From contig CALBME010000181.1 in assembly GCA_937896295.1 (NCBI GenBank), forward strand, positions 1-43,154: 43,154 nucleotides of DNA, written 5' to 3'. Position numbers and translations under genes: made by a program. Below, piece after piece: positions 1 to 9,765 of this stretch. Numbering within the stretch: position 1 is the first letter of the stretch; every line of letters starts with the position of its first letter. Origin of the DNA: an uncultured Micavibrio sp. (GTDB taxonomy: Bacteria > Pseudomonadota > Alphaproteobacteria > Micavibrionales > UBA1664). The notes beneath the pieces are model-generated. The model was not told where the DNA came from. It searched no databases and saw nothing but the letters and a program-made list of their open reading frames with translations.

Positions 1-1
1 G

Positions 2-292
2 CCCATCATCCAGCCCGCGGCAGAAATCCGCATGGGGCAGCCCGCCAACCAGTCGATGCTGGTCAGCGCCCTCGTGGCCGACAATGTGCCGGAAAACGTC
101 TACGCCATCGTGCAGGGCCCGAACGACGCGGTGCTGGCCACCGTCTACAAGACAGGCATTGTCGCCACCAGCAACGAAATCAGCGCCAGGATGGCCGCGG
201 AATTTGAAAAAACCGACGATCCCGAAGCCCGGGCGCAGGCCATTGCACGCGCATTCGGCGGCACGGTGGTTCACCGCGAAAGCCAGAAATAA
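2..292 (+). CDS. C-terminal part of a hypothetical protein (5' end outside the window)
   Basis: Frame is open from the left edge to TAA at 290-292. Strong G/C bias at third codon positions. A hairpin terminator follows. No family recognised. Confidence 0.5.
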   Translation, partial: PIIQPAAEIRMGQPANQSMLVSALVADNVPENVYAIVQGPNDAVLATVYKTGIVATSNEISARMAAEFEKTDDPEARAQAIARAFGGTVVHRESQK

Positions 293-315
293 CAAAACAC
301 ATCCAGACAATCAAA

Positions 316-340
316 AGCCCCGCAATTGCGGGGCTTTTTT
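316..340. terminator. Bidirectional intrinsic terminator between convergent genes
   Basis: AGCCCCGC-AATT-GCGGGGCT stem-loop with an A-run upstream and a T-run downstream. It lies between the stop at 292 (+) and the petC stop at 371 (-). Confidence 0.75.
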
Positions 341-370
341 AATCTCTTTCAGGATGCCAAAGGGCCCTGA

Positions 371-1360
371 TTAGTGGACGTCTTTCCAGACCTTGCGCTT
401 GGTCGCGTACATCAGGCCGGCAAAGGCAAACATGAACAGCATGACCTTCAGGCCCACCTGTTTGCGTTTTTCCATGTTGGGTTCAGATGCCCAGGTCAGG
501 AAGGCAGTGACGTCGCGCGACATCTGGTCGATGGTGTTCGGCGTGCCGTCTTCATACGTGACGGACCCATCCATCAACGGCTGCGGCATCGCAATCTGAT
601 GACCGGCGAAGTACTTGTTGTAGTGCATGCCCTGCGTCAGCGTGAAGCCGGCAGGCGCCGCCTCGTACCCGGTCAGCAGCGCGTGAACGTAGTTCGAACC
701 ATCGGCCCGGGCGCGCACGATGAGCGACAGATCCGGCGGCAGTGCGCCGCCATTGGCAGCGCGCGCGGCGTTGTCATTGGCAAACGGCGACTTGAAGTGG
801 TCGGACGGGCGGCCCGGACGCTCGAACATGTCGCCGGAATCATCCGGACCGTCCATGACCTGCGTTTCGGCGGCGATCGACTTGATCTCGGCCTCGTTAT
901 AACCAAGGGCCGAGAGGTTGCGGAAATAAATGCGGCTCAGGCCGTGGCAGGACGCGCAGACCTGTTTGTACACCTGGAAACCGCGTTGCAGCTGGTGACG
1001 GTCGAACACACCGAACGGGCCGGACCACGACCATTCTTCCTGGGGAAGGCTGGGGGCGTGGTGACCGCCCTCTTCAGCGGGGGCGGCGCCGTGCGTTTCG
1101 GCCGCGGTCTTGCCGTCGGCCTCCATCGTCTGGGCGTCGCCATCCGTCTTGGTCATGGCATTACCGTCAGCGGCCGGGGCCGGTGCGGCGGGCGTGGCGT
1201 CACTGGCCGCGTCCGTGGCGGCGGCGCCTTCGGTGGCGGTGGCCGCGGGCGCGCTGCCCTCGACCGTGGCCTTGACCGGCGCGGCTTCGGGGGCGGCATG
1301 GGCCGGCGCTGCGATCAGCAGCGCGGCAAAGCTAAGGGTGAGCAGAAATTTTTGCTGCAT
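371..1360 (-). CDS. petC: Cytochrome c1 of the bc1 complex, with a long Ala/Pro-rich segment after the signal peptide
   Basis: Signal peptide ending AHA, heme motif CASCHG, and a C-terminal TM anchor (VMLFMFAFAGLMYA). Last gene of the petA-petB-petC order. Its ATG overlaps the petB stop (TAATG). Confidence 0.9.
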   Translation of the reverse strand: MQQKFLLTLSFAALLIAAPAHAAPEAAPVKATVEGSAPAATATEGAAATDAASDATPAAPAPAADGNAMTKTDGDAQTMEADGKTAAETHGAAPAEEGGHHAPSLPQEEWSWSGPFGVFDRHQLQRGFQVYKQVCASCHGLSRIYFRNLSALGYNEAEIKSIAAETQVMDGPDDSGDMFERPGRPSDHFKSPFANDNAARAANGGALPPDLSLIVRARADGSNYVHALLTGYEAAPAGFTLTQGMHYNKYFAGHQIAMPQPLMDGSVTYEDGTPNTIDQMSRDVTAFLTWASEPNMEKRKQVGLKVMLFMFAFAGLMYATKRKVWKDVH

Positions 1361-2817
1361 TATTTTTTCTCCGCCAGGACGGCTTCATGAATGCTGTTGG
1401 GCAGGACTGCGACCGGTTCGTTATGCGACAACCACGGCACGATCACCAGCAGGAAGCCGAAGTAATACAGCGTCGCCAGCTGGCCAATGGTGATGAAGGG
1501 CTGCTCGGCCGGTTTGGCGCCGATATAACCCAGCAGGACGGCGGACGCGACGAACGCGATCAGCGCCACGCGGTACCACGGGCGGTAACGGCCCGAACGC
1601 ACCGGATGACGGTCCAGCCACGGCAGGACGGCCAGCAACAGGATCGAACCGAACATGGCCAGCACGCCGCCCAGTTTCGCCTCGATCAGGTGCACGCCCG
1701 CAAAGGGGATCATGCCGATAATGCCTTTCAGCGCCTCGACATCCTTGAAGAATGCCAGCAGCACGGCGGGAATACCGAAGATCACGGCGACCGCGATCAG
1801 GGCCGGGAAGAACGGCTTGGTTTTCTCGCACGGCGTTTTGCGCCAGCAGTAGTTATAGATCAGGACGGCGCCGGCAGCCCCGGCCACGATCAGGTAGATG
1901 GTGAAGTCGAACGTGATCGAACGCAGGATCGCGTAGAACGGCAGGAAGTACCATTCCGGCACGATATGCGCGGGCGTGACCATCGGGTTGAAGGGCACGA
2001 AGTGATCCTGGTGGGTCAGCAGCGTGGGCGCGTAGAAAATCAGGAACGCATACGCGATCAGGAAGATCGACAGGCCGAACATGTCCTTGATCGTGTAGTA
2101 CGGATTGAACGGCAGCGTGTCCTGCGGACCTTTCGGATCGATGCCCGTCGGGTTGTTGGAACCCACCACATGCAGCGCCCAGACGTGCAGGCCGACCACG
2201 GCGCAGATCAGGAACGGCAGCAGATAATGCAGCGCAAAGAAACGGTTCAGCGTCGGGTTGTCGACCGAGAAACCGCCCCACAGCCACGTGACCAGCCCCT
2301 CGCCCACCAGCGGGATGGCCGAGAACAGCGAGGTGATGACGGTAGCGCCCCAGCCGGACATCTGCGACCACGGCAGGGTGTAGCCCATGAAGGCCGTCGC
2401 CATCATCAGAAGGAAGATGATGATGCCGAAAATCCAGAGCAGTTCGCGCGGCTGTTTGTACGAACCGTAATACAGCCCGCGGAAGATATGGATGTAGACG
2501 GCGATGAAGAACATCGATGCGCCGTTCATGTGCAGGTAACGCAGCAGCCAGCCGTAATTGACGTCACGGGTGATGCGTTCGACCGAATTGAACGCCAGCG
2601 CCGCGTTGGGCGTGTAATGCATGGCCAGGATGACGCCTGAAGCGATCATGGTGACGAGCATGACCATGGCAAGGGCGCCGAAATTCCAGAAATAGTTGAA
2701 GTTTTTCGGCGTCGGGAAAACGCCGTATTCCTTCTGGATCATCGTAAAGACGGGAAGACGCGAGTCGACCCATTCGACGAATTTATTTTCAAAAGGTTCG
2801 CGGTTGGCATTGGCCAT
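1360..2817 (-). CDS. petB: Cytochrome b of the bc1 complex (long form, 485 aa)
   Basis: Conserved cytochrome b blocks ([32 protein letters not shown]). Lies between the Rieske and c1 genes. Confidence 0.95.
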   Translation of the reverse strand: MANANREPFENKFVEWVDSRLPVFTMIQKEYGVFPTPKNFNYFWNFGALAMVMLVTMIASGVILAMHYTPNAALAFNSVERITRDVNYGWLLRYLHMNGASMFFIAVYIHIFRGLYYGSYKQPRELLWIFGIIIFLLMMATAFMGYTLPWSQMSGWGATVITSLFSAIPLVGEGLVTWLWGGFSVDNPTLNRFFALHYLLPFLICAVVGLHVWALHVVGSNNPTGIDPKGPQDTLPFNPYYTIKDMFGLSIFLIAYAFLIFYAPTLLTHQDHFVPFNPMVTPAHIVPEWYFLPFYAILRSITFDFTIYLIVAGAAGAVLIYNYCWRKTPCEKTKPFFPALIAVAVIFGIPAVLLAFFKDVEALKGIIGMIPFAGVHLIEAKLGGVLAMFGSILLLAVLPWLDRHPVRSGRYRPWYRVALIAFVASAVLLGYIGAKPAEQPFITIGQLATLYYFGFLLVIVPWLSHNEPVAVLPNSIHEAVLAEKK

Positions 2818-2822
2818 GGTGG

Positions 2823-3365
2823 TTATCCGATCTTGATGACGGTATCGCTGGTGAAATTATAGGGCGGGACGTGCAGGTTCGTCGGTGCCGGGCCTTTACG
2901 GATACGGCCGGCCGTATCATAGACCGAACCGTGGCACGGGCAGAACCAGCCGCCGAATTCGCCCTTGGGTTCATTGGGCTTGGCGCCCAGCGGCACGCAG
3001 CCCAGATGGGTGCAGATGCCAACGACGACCAGCCATTCTTCCTTGCCGGCCTGAACGCGCTGCGCGTCCGTCTGCGGGTCGCGCAGTTCGGAGACGTTGA
3101 CGTCCTGTGCGGATTTGATTTCCTCCGGCGTGCGGCGGCGCACGAAGACCGGCTTGCCCTGCCACGTCACGACGACGGACTGGCCCGGCTGGATGGAGGA
3201 GATGTTCACTTCCGTCGTGGCCAGCGCCAGCGTGTCGGCGGCGGGGTTCATCGTGTCGATGAAGGACCAGCCAGTGACGCCTGCGCCCACCGCGGCGACA
3301 GCGCCCGTGGTCAGGTACAGGAAATCGCGGCGTGCCGGATTATCGGGAAGGGTATGGTCGGTCAT
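2823..3365 (-). CDS. petA: Ubiquinol-cytochrome c reductase Rieske iron-sulfur subunit
   Basis: Tat-like N-terminus ([18 protein letters not shown]). Rieske 2Fe-2S boxes CTHLGC and CPCHGS. Confidence 0.95.
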   Translation of the reverse strand: MTDHTLPDNPARRDFLYLTTGAVAAVGAGVTGWSFIDTMNPAADTLALATTEVNISSIQPGQSVVVTWQGKPVFVRRRTPEEIKSAQDVNVSELRDPQTDAQRVQAGKEEWLVVVGICTHLGCVPLGAKPNEPKGEFGGWFCPCHGSVYDTAGRIRKGPAPTNLHVPPYNFTSDTVIKIG

Positions 3366-3534
3366 GGTTTTGAAAGCCTTGATAGAATCTCTAATGCGCT
3401 ATGCTAGCTTGCATAATCGCCGCTGAAAATACCCAAAGATAGCCGCCGCGCAACAGATTTGTGGATCGCCGCGCGCGTTTCCCACCGGACCGGTTGATAA
3501 AATCCGCTGTACAGATGCGCGCGCTTTCGGCTCT

Positions 3535-4014
3535 ATGACCGCCATGGCCGGAAAAGCCCCGATCAGCCTTGCCTTTTACCAGCCTGACATTCCCCAGAAT
3601 GTCGGGGCCGCCATGCGTCTGTGCGCATGCCAGGACGTGCCCATGCATGTGATCGAACCCACCGCCTTCCCGTGGAAAGAGGCGGAATTCCGCCGCTCCG
3701 GCATGGATTACGTGGCGCAGGCCGATGTCCGGCGGCATACATCATGGGACGCCTTTTTCCGGGACCGGCCCGGCCGCCTCGTTCTGGTGGAAACCGACGG
3801 TGCCAGCGAGCTGTGGGATTTCGCCTTCCAGCCCGGCGACGTGCTGATCCTTGGCCGCGAAAGCGCGGGCGTGCCGCAAAGCCTGTATGCGCAGGTCGAC
3901 GCGACGTTACGGATACCGATGAAACCGGGGGTGCGATCGATGAACGTGGTCACAGCCGCCGCTTTTGCCCTGTCCGAAGCCCTGTGCCAGACGAGAAAAC
4001 GAACCGGCACATGA
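3535..4014 (+). CDS. trmL: SpoU/TrmL-type tRNA 2'-O-methyltransferase
   Basis: About 159 aa. Motifs PDIPQNVGAAMR, LILGRESAGVP and IPM..GVRSMNVVTAAA are typical of the SPOUT TrmL family. The start could instead be Met4 at 3544. Confidence 0.8.
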   Translation: MTAMAGKAPISLAFYQPDIPQNVGAAMRLCACQDVPMHVIEPTAFPWKEAEFRRSGMDYVAQADVRRHTSWDAFFRDRPGRLVLVETDGASELWDFAFQPGDVLILGRESAGVPQSLYAQVDATLRIPMKPGVRSMNVVTAAAFALSEALCQTRKRTGT

Positions 4015-4081
4015 CAAAAGTCAAAAACCACCCCTGCTTGGCGCTTGCGCCCTGCCCAACCTTGCCGCATAGCTTCTGACC

Positions 4082-4963
4082 ATGACACAGACTATCACCG
4101 ATTTTGATCTTGAATGCGCCGCCGGTTTCCGGTCCCTGCGCGACCGCATCTGCGCGGCCTTCGAAGCCCTGGAAGACCAACTGGTCAGCGGACCGCACGC
4201 TGACCTGCCACCCGGCCGTTTCGAGCGGAAAACCTGGGTTCGCGAGCATCACGATTCTAGTCAGCAGGCCGATACCGGCGGCGGCGAGATGTCGATCATG
4301 CGCGGCCGCGTTTTCGAGAAAGTGGGGGTCAACATCTCGACCGTTTTTGGTCAGTTTTCACCCAGCTTCCGGGCCCAGATACCGGGCGCGGTGGAATCCG
4401 ACGGGGCCTTCTGGGCTTCCGGCATATCGCTGGTCGCGCATATGCGCTCCCCCCTCGTCCCCGCCGTCCACATGAACACGCGCCGCATCGTGACGTCCAA
4501 GGGCTGGTTTGGCGGTGGCGCCGACCTTACCCCCATGCTGCCGGACCCCGAGAATGCGGCCATTTTCCACGCTGCATTCAAGAAAACCTGCGACGGCCAT
4601 GGCGCTGACTACTACGAACGCTTCAAGAAATGGGCGGATGAATACTTCTTCATCAAGCACCGGAACGAGGCCCGCGGCGCCGGCGGCATCTTTTACGACT
4701 ACATCGACACCGGCGACCAGCGTGCTGACCAGGCGTTTTCCCGCGATGTCGGTGACACCTTCCTCCAGATCTATCCACAGATTGTGGAAAAGACGATGCA
4801 CCTGCCATGGACGGAAGAACAGCGCCAGCAGCAGCTGGTCAAACGCGGCCGCTATGTCGAGTTCAACCTGCTCTATGACCGCGGGACCATTTTTGGCCTG
4901 CAGACCGGTGGCAATGTCGAAGCCATCCTGATGTCACTGCCGCCCGAAGTCCGCTGGCCATAA
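4082..4963 (+). CDS. hemF: Oxygen-dependent coproporphyrinogen III oxidase
   Basis: 293 aa with HemF blocks [29 protein letters not shown] and [16 protein letters not shown]. Confidence 0.9.
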   Translation: MTQTITDFDLECAAGFRSLRDRICAAFEALEDQLVSGPHADLPPGRFERKTWVREHHDSSQQADTGGGEMSIMRGRVFEKVGVNISTVFGQFSPSFRAQIPGAVESDGAFWASGISLVAHMRSPLVPAVHMNTRRIVTSKGWFGGGADLTPMLPDPENAAIFHAAFKKTCDGHGADYYERFKKWADEYFFIKHRNEARGAGGIFYDYIDTGDQRADQAFSRDVGDTFLQIYPQIVEKTMHLPWTEEQRQQQLVKRGRYVEFNLLYDRGTIFGLQTGGNVEAILMSLPPEVRWP

Positions 4964-5076
4964 ACAGATAACCATAATCAAGAACACTTCGTCGCCGCCT
5001 TGGAGCGTCCGCGTTCGCATGCCGCATGCCTTACGCGGTATGGAAACGGTTTGTGACAGCGACCGAAAAACCGTTG

Positions 5077-6318
5077 TTACATTCCGGTTTTAATCAGCTG
5101 GCGGGCGTAATCGACACACTGTTGCATATCGACAACACCATCACTTTCGAGCCACCACGATTCAACTTTTTTTAGAACATTTCCAAGGTCTTTCCCTTCG
5201 CTCAGATTGAGCATCAGCATCAGCTCGCGCGCGTTCACAGGTAACCTTAAAAGTGGTGCACGAAGAACATTGATACCCGCACCCTCAAGTGCCGCAGGAT
5301 CGGGAATGGAAGACTTGAAAACATTGGATAAAAGCGTGGCAGCGACCACGACGTCACGGCCGTATTTATAGACCGTTTGTTTAACGGTTTCAGCAGGTTT
5401 TAAAATACAGCTGAGAACATCATGCAGGAATTTTTTCTGCCTGTTTGAAAGAACGAAGAATTCTGCACAGACCTGATGCAGAACATCTGCATTTTCCGGC
5501 TTCATGCAGTACATCAGAAGAACAAGATCCAGATGTTCAACTTCCAGTTTCACTGCAACGGATTGGAGAAGACCAAACGCATTTTCAGACCAGTCTTTCT
5601 GCCACAGCCCTTCTAAGATATTACCTTCACGCATCGCGCTAATCGCAGCACCGGCACGCGGCGCCAGTAGCAGTTTCAGAACCTCGTCCGTCACGCGTTC
5701 GCGCGAAAGCGTTTTCAATAATAACCGGTTGTGAACGCAGGCCTGATAGCCTGTAACATCCGCTGCACCCTTTCCGTACCGCGCATGGAACCGGAAAAAC
5801 CGCAAAATGCGTAAGGCATCTTCCTTGATCCGCGTGTCGGCATCCCCGACAAAGCGCACAACCCCGGTCCGCAGGTCCGCCACCCCCTGTCCCGTTGGAT
5901 CGAACACCTGCCCGTCCATATCCATCAGCAGGGTGTTCATGGTGAAGTCGCGGCGCTGGGCATCCTCTTCCCAGGATTCCGTAAAGGCCACAACCGCCCG
6001 CCGGCCATCGGTTTCCACATCCCGGCGCAGCGTGGTGATCTCGAACGCCTGAGGGCCGGGAATGACCGTCACCGTGCCATGGTCGATACCCGTGGGTACG
6101 GCGCGGATGCCCGCATCCTCGAACCGGCGCATGACGTCCTGAGGCAACAGGATCGTGGCGATATCGATATCCAGATAGGCGCGCGCATCCCCCAGCACGG
6201 CGGCCCGGACGCACCCGCCCACCATCATGGCGTTGCCAGTCCCCAGCACATCGAACGTGGTTTTAAGGCCGGGCGAGCTGAATTGCGCCATGGGTAATGT
6301 CAGTACAGGGGTCATCAT
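5077..6318 (-). CDS. cca: CCA-adding tRNA nucleotidyltransferase / poly(A) polymerase family protein
   Basis: N-terminal GGCVRAAVLGD...DIDIAT nucleotidyltransferase motif and RRDFTMN motif. 413 aa. The 3' half is markedly AT-richer than its surroundings. Confidence 0.8.
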   Translation of the reverse strand: MMTPVLTLPMAQFSSPGLKTTFDVLGTGNAMMVGGCVRAAVLGDARAYLDIDIATILLPQDVMRRFEDAGIRAVPTGIDHGTVTVIPGPQAFEITTLRRDVETDGRRAVVAFTESWEEDAQRRDFTMNTLLMDMDGQVFDPTGQGVADLRTGVVRFVGDADTRIKEDALRILRFFRFHARYGKGAADVTGYQACVHNRLLLKTLSRERVTDEVLKLLLAPRAGAAISAMREGNILEGLWQKDWSENAFGLLQSVAVKLEVEHLDLVLLMYCMKPENADVLHQVCAEFFVLSNRQKKFLHDVLSCILKPAETVKQTVYKYGRDVVVAATLLSNVFKSSIPDPAALEGAGINVLRAPLLRLPVNARELMLMLNLSEGKDLGNVLKKVESWWLESDGVVDMQQCVDYARQLIKTGM

Positions 6319-6806
6319 GCGGCCTCTCCCAGCGGGTGTGGAACCCCGCCGCTTGTCAGGTGTAACAGACCCGCAGCATCGGGCACCCCTTCGCGCAGCG
6401 CCAGATCGATCAGGTCATAATAGACAGATGTATTCAGCCGCGCCTCCACCCCGCCCGGCAACTGGTGATACGGCACCGCGGGGCCGGTACCGCCGCGGGG
6501 CACCCGTAAGGCCAGCGGACAGGTCGCATCGACCGGCGTCTCGCGCCCCAGATTGTCGGTCAGGAAAAGGACATCGCCCTCGCGCCGCCAGGCCACGGCG
6601 ATAAAGGGTGCATCCTCGACCACGATGCGCCCCCGCTCGACCGGGGTGATCAGCCAGTAATCCCCGGCGGCGTCGCGCCTGAGGATCGACGCAAACAGCC
6701 TGACCAGCGGCATGCGCGTCATCGGCACGCCCTGATGGGTCCAGGTGCCGTCAAATCTGATCGCTATGTCGAATTGCTCGATGCCGGAATAGGCAGGCGT
6801 TTCCAT
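6315..6806 (-). CDS. DUF1285-like protein
   Basis: 163 aa. The block FDIAIRFDGTWTHQGVPMTR..LVRLFASIL..YWLITPVE resembles the DUF1285 family as I remember it. 4-nt overlap with cca. Confidence 0.6.
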   Translation of the reverse strand: METPAYSGIEQFDIAIRFDGTWTHQGVPMTRMPLVRLFASILRRDAAGDYWLITPVERGRIVVEDAPFIAVAWRREGDVLFLTDNLGRETPVDATCPLALRVPRGGTGPAVPYHQLPGGVEARLNTSVYYDLIDLALREGVPDAAGLLHLTSGGVPHPLGEAA

Positions 6807-6830
6807 ACCGCAAAGGGTATCACAGCACGC

Positions 6831-9038
6831 CTACCCCGCCAAAACCTCATGCACGCGCTTGATAAGCTCGGCCGATGTGACGGGCTTTTTGATGACGTCC
6901 CTGATGACCGGCACGGCAGCCAGTTTTTCGCGCGTCTGCGCCTCGGCATAGCCGCTGATCAGGACGAACTTGATATCGGGCGCCAGCGCAACCGCCGCCA
7001 TGGCCAGTTCCGCGCCCGTCATCTCGGGCATGGAATAATCGGTCAGGACCAGATCGAAATGCGAGGGGTTGTCGCGGATCAGGTCCAGAGCCTCGCTCGG
7101 AAGTTTACTGTCGAACACCTCGAACCCGGCACGCTGCAGCATCAGGCATGTGGTCGTGCGCACCTCGTCGTGGTCGTCCACCACCATGATGCGGGCGGAC
7201 GTATCGATGGCGATCGGCTGGACCTCCTCTTCCTCCTCGTCAACGCCGGTACGTTCCACCACCGGGAACAGCAGGGAAAACGTGCTGCCCTCGCCCAGCG
7301 TGCTGTCGACGCTCAAAACCCCGCGATGCGAAACGACGATGCCATGCACCGCCGCAAGGCCGAGACCGGTGCCCTTGTTCACCTCCTTGGTGGTGAAGAA
7401 GGGTTCGAACATATGTTCCATGACATCACGCGCGATGCCGGAACCGGAATCACGCACGCTCAGGCGCGCATAGACCTGACCGGTGACGACATGCCCCACG
7501 GTCATCACCGTCCGCCCCTGCCCGAGAGAGTCGATATAGACGGGCGCGGTGCGGTTGCCGTCCGGGTAATCGTCGACCATCTGCGTCGGCGGCAGGTCCA
7601 GCGCATCGGCCTGCACGCTGTCCAGCGTGATGGTCAGACGTCCGCGCCCTTCCATGGCGTCCTGCGCGTTCACGCACAAATTCATGAGCGCCTGGTTGAT
7701 CTGCGTCGGGTTGGCGCTGATATACGTCGTGGGCCCAGAATCCATCATGTCGATGGAAATACCGGATGGCAGCGACGCGCGCAGCATGGTGATGACTTCG
7801 GCGACCGTCTCGGTCAGGTTCAGGTCGCCCTTGCGCTGGTCGTTGGTACGGGAAAAAGTCAGGATCTGTTCAATCAGGCTTTTGGCGCGGGATGTCGCCA
7901 GAATGATTTTTTCGGCAAAGCCGTGCGTGGACGTGCCTTTCTCCAGATCCTGCGTCAGGAATTCAGCGTAGCCCGCAATGGCGGCCAGAATATTGTTGAA
8001 GTCATGCGCAATACCGCCGGCCAGACGCCCAAGGGAGTCCATTTTCTGTGCCTGGTAATATTGCAGACGCAGGTTTTCAGTTTCCTTTTCGCGCTCGCGC
8101 TTTTCGCGCGTGTCCTGCGCCGTGCCGATGAAACCGCCATCCGGCAGGGCAGTAAGCGAGAGGTATGCGGTAAAGGGCTGGCCCCGCGTATTCACCAGCG
8201 TGCTTTCGCCATGCCAGAACCCCTTGTCCCGCGCGGCCGGCAGGATTTCATCGCGCACCATTTCGCTGCTGCGCGCATCATACAGGCGCGACCATTTCAT
8301 CCCGATGGAATCCTTGCGCCCAAGACCCGAAAGATAATGCAAAAGCGCGAATGCGCGGTTCATGAAAATGATGCGGCCTTCATCGTCCAGAATGACGATA
8401 CCGTCGCGCGAGGTTTCGATGGCAGCCAGCTGGGTATCTTTTTCGACCTGCATCGTCTGCATCGAATTGGACTGGCTGATCAGGATTTTGCCGATCATGA
8501 ACAGCAGCGTAATGGCTGCAAGCCCCATCAGCCCTTCCGCGATCAGGTGGGCCGACTGGGTTGCGCTCAGCTCCGCCCCGCGCTGCGCCATGCGCATGTC
8601 GATACCAAGGAAACGTTCGCGGATTTCGGTCATCGCCGCCACGACGTCACTGCGGTCCGGGCTGTTGAACACGGCCGGGTTGATCCGCGGCAGCATGTCG
8701 TGAATGTCTTTCAGAGCCGCGATGTTTTTGGGATTGGTGGCAATGCGGCGCAGATCGGCCAGACGCCTTTCCACCTCCTCAAACTGTTTTTGTTCCTGCG
8801 CCTGCTGCACGGCGGACGCATCCGTGATTTCCGTCAGCATCAGCGCCTGATAGTCGTTATAGGCCCCTTTCAGGGTCAGATAGACGCTGCTTTTGATACG
8901 GTAGGCGTCGCGTGCCTTCTGTTCTTCGTGCACGACGGCAAAGACCAGAAGAAGGAACCCAAGAATGCAGACAATGCCCGTGACCGACAGGACCCGCGGC
9001 GAGACCCGTTCTTTAATCCGCTGATACAGGTCTTTCAC
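6831..9038 (-). CDS. Hybrid sensor histidine kinase (TM, PAS, HisKA, HATPase, C-terminal receiver)
   Basis: H-box GGIAHDFNN, N/G boxes (NLCVNAQDAM, DSGSGI, GTGLGL) and receiver (IMVVDDHDE...LTDYSMPEMTG). The track ORF runs to 9104. I prefer GTG at 9038, which forms a GTGA overlap with the stop of the upstream regulator gene. Confidence 0.85.
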   Translation of the reverse strand: MKDLYQRIKERVSPRVLSVTGIVCILGFLLLVFAVVHEEQKARDAYRIKSSVYLTLKGAYNDYQALMLTEITDASAVQQAQEQKQFEEVERRLADLRRIATNPKNIAALKDIHDMLPRINPAVFNSPDRSDVVAAMTEIRERFLGIDMRMAQRGAELSATQSAHLIAEGLMGLAAITLLFMIGKILISQSNSMQTMQVEKDTQLAAIETSRDGIVILDDEGRIIFMNRAFALLHYLSGLGRKDSIGMKWSRLYDARSSEMVRDEILPAARDKGFWHGESTLVNTRGQPFTAYLSLTALPDGGFIGTAQDTREKREREKETENLRLQYYQAQKMDSLGRLAGGIAHDFNNILAAIAGYAEFLTQDLEKGTSTHGFAEKIILATSRAKSLIEQILTFSRTNDQRKGDLNLTETVAEVITMLRASLPSGISIDMMDSGPTTYISANPTQINQALMNLCVNAQDAMEGRGRLTITLDSVQADALDLPPTQMVDDYPDGNRTAPVYIDSLGQGRTVMTVGHVVTGQVYARLSVRDSGSGIARDVMEHMFEPFFTTKEVNKGTGLGLAAVHGIVVSHRGVLSVDSTLGEGSTFSLLFPVVERTGVDEEEEEVQPIAIDTSARIMVVDDHDEVRTTTCLMLQRAGFEVFDSKLPSEALDLIRDNPSHFDLVLTDYSMPEMTGAELAMAAVALAPDIKFVLISGYAEAQTREKLAAVPVIRDVIKKPVTSAELIKRVHEVLAG

Positions 9039-9697
9039 GCAAGCCCCAGGTTCTGGGCGAACAGCGCCGCCTGGGTGCGGTTTTTCGCACCCAGTTTGCG
9101 GCAAACCCCGGCGACATGCAGCTTGATGGTAGGCAGCTGCAGATTAAGGTCGCGGGCGATTTCTTTGTTCGAAACACCGCGGGCGAGGTAAATCAGCACC
9201 TCTTTCTCGCGCGGGGTCAGGGTTTCCAGCAACGCAACATCGGCGGCGCTGACCGGGCCTGCCTGACGCTCCGGCGCATCGGCATAATGGGACGGCATGA
9301 CATCCATGCCCTGATTGAGCGGGACGAAACGCTCACCCGCCAGCACCAGTTTGATGGCATTGAGCAGCGATGCCCCCGACATGGTCTTGGGAAAATACGC
9401 AACCGCGCCGCGCCCAAGGGCGCCCTTGACGTCCTCTTCCTCGGCGGTGCCGGACAGGATGGCGACTTTCTGGCCCGGAAACTTCGCCTGCAGCTGGGAA
9501 AGCCCCTCAAGACCCGCCATGCCCGGCATGCGCAGGTCCAGCAGGACCAGATCCACCTTCTTCAGAAGGGCCATCTGGTCCATCGCCTCAGGCAGCGACT
9601 TGGCCACGTCAATCTGCGCGCCCGGATTTTCGCGGCGCATGAATTCGACCAGAGCGTCGCGGAAAAGGGTGTGGTCGTCGGCAATCAGAAGATGCAT
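9035..9697 (-). CDS. NarL/FixJ (LuxR-type HTH) response regulator
   Basis: Receiver domain (MHLLIADDH...LLDLRMPGM) plus C-terminal LuxR HTH (LTPREKEVLIYLARGVSNKEIA). Confidence 0.9.
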   Translation of the reverse strand: MHLLIADDHTLFRDALVEFMRRENPGAQIDVAKSLPEAMDQMALLKKVDLVLLDLRMPGMAGLEGLSQLQAKFPGQKVAILSGTAEEEDVKGALGRGAVAYFPKTMSGASLLNAIKLVLAGERFVPLNQGMDVMPSHYADAPERQAGPVSAADVALLETLTPREKEVLIYLARGVSNKEIARDLNLQLPTIKLHVAGVCRKLGAKNRTQAALFAQNLGLA

Positions 9698-9765
9698 GGC
9701 TACCAGTCTAACCTATTCCGGCTGGGCTGGGAATCCGGCATGACCCCGTCCAAAGGATAGGGTGT

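Noticed and set aside
374-2640. Plus-strand ORFs 374-1390 and 1387-2640, antisense to petC and petB
   Set aside because: These are low-complexity Arg/Gly-rich translations opposite unmistakable cytochrome c1 and b genes.
4964-5076. Hairpin AACGGTTT-N14-AAACCGTT between hemF and cca as a terminator
   Set aside because: It has an AT-rich stem with a 14-nt loop and no U-tract on either strand, so it is too weak to annotate.
6735-9191. 818-aa plus-strand ORF antisense to the hybrid histidine kinase
   Set aside because: Its Arg/Gly/His/Asp-rich composition has no recognisable motifs. It fully shadows a well-supported minus-strand gene. This is the typical long antisense ORF of GC-rich DNA.
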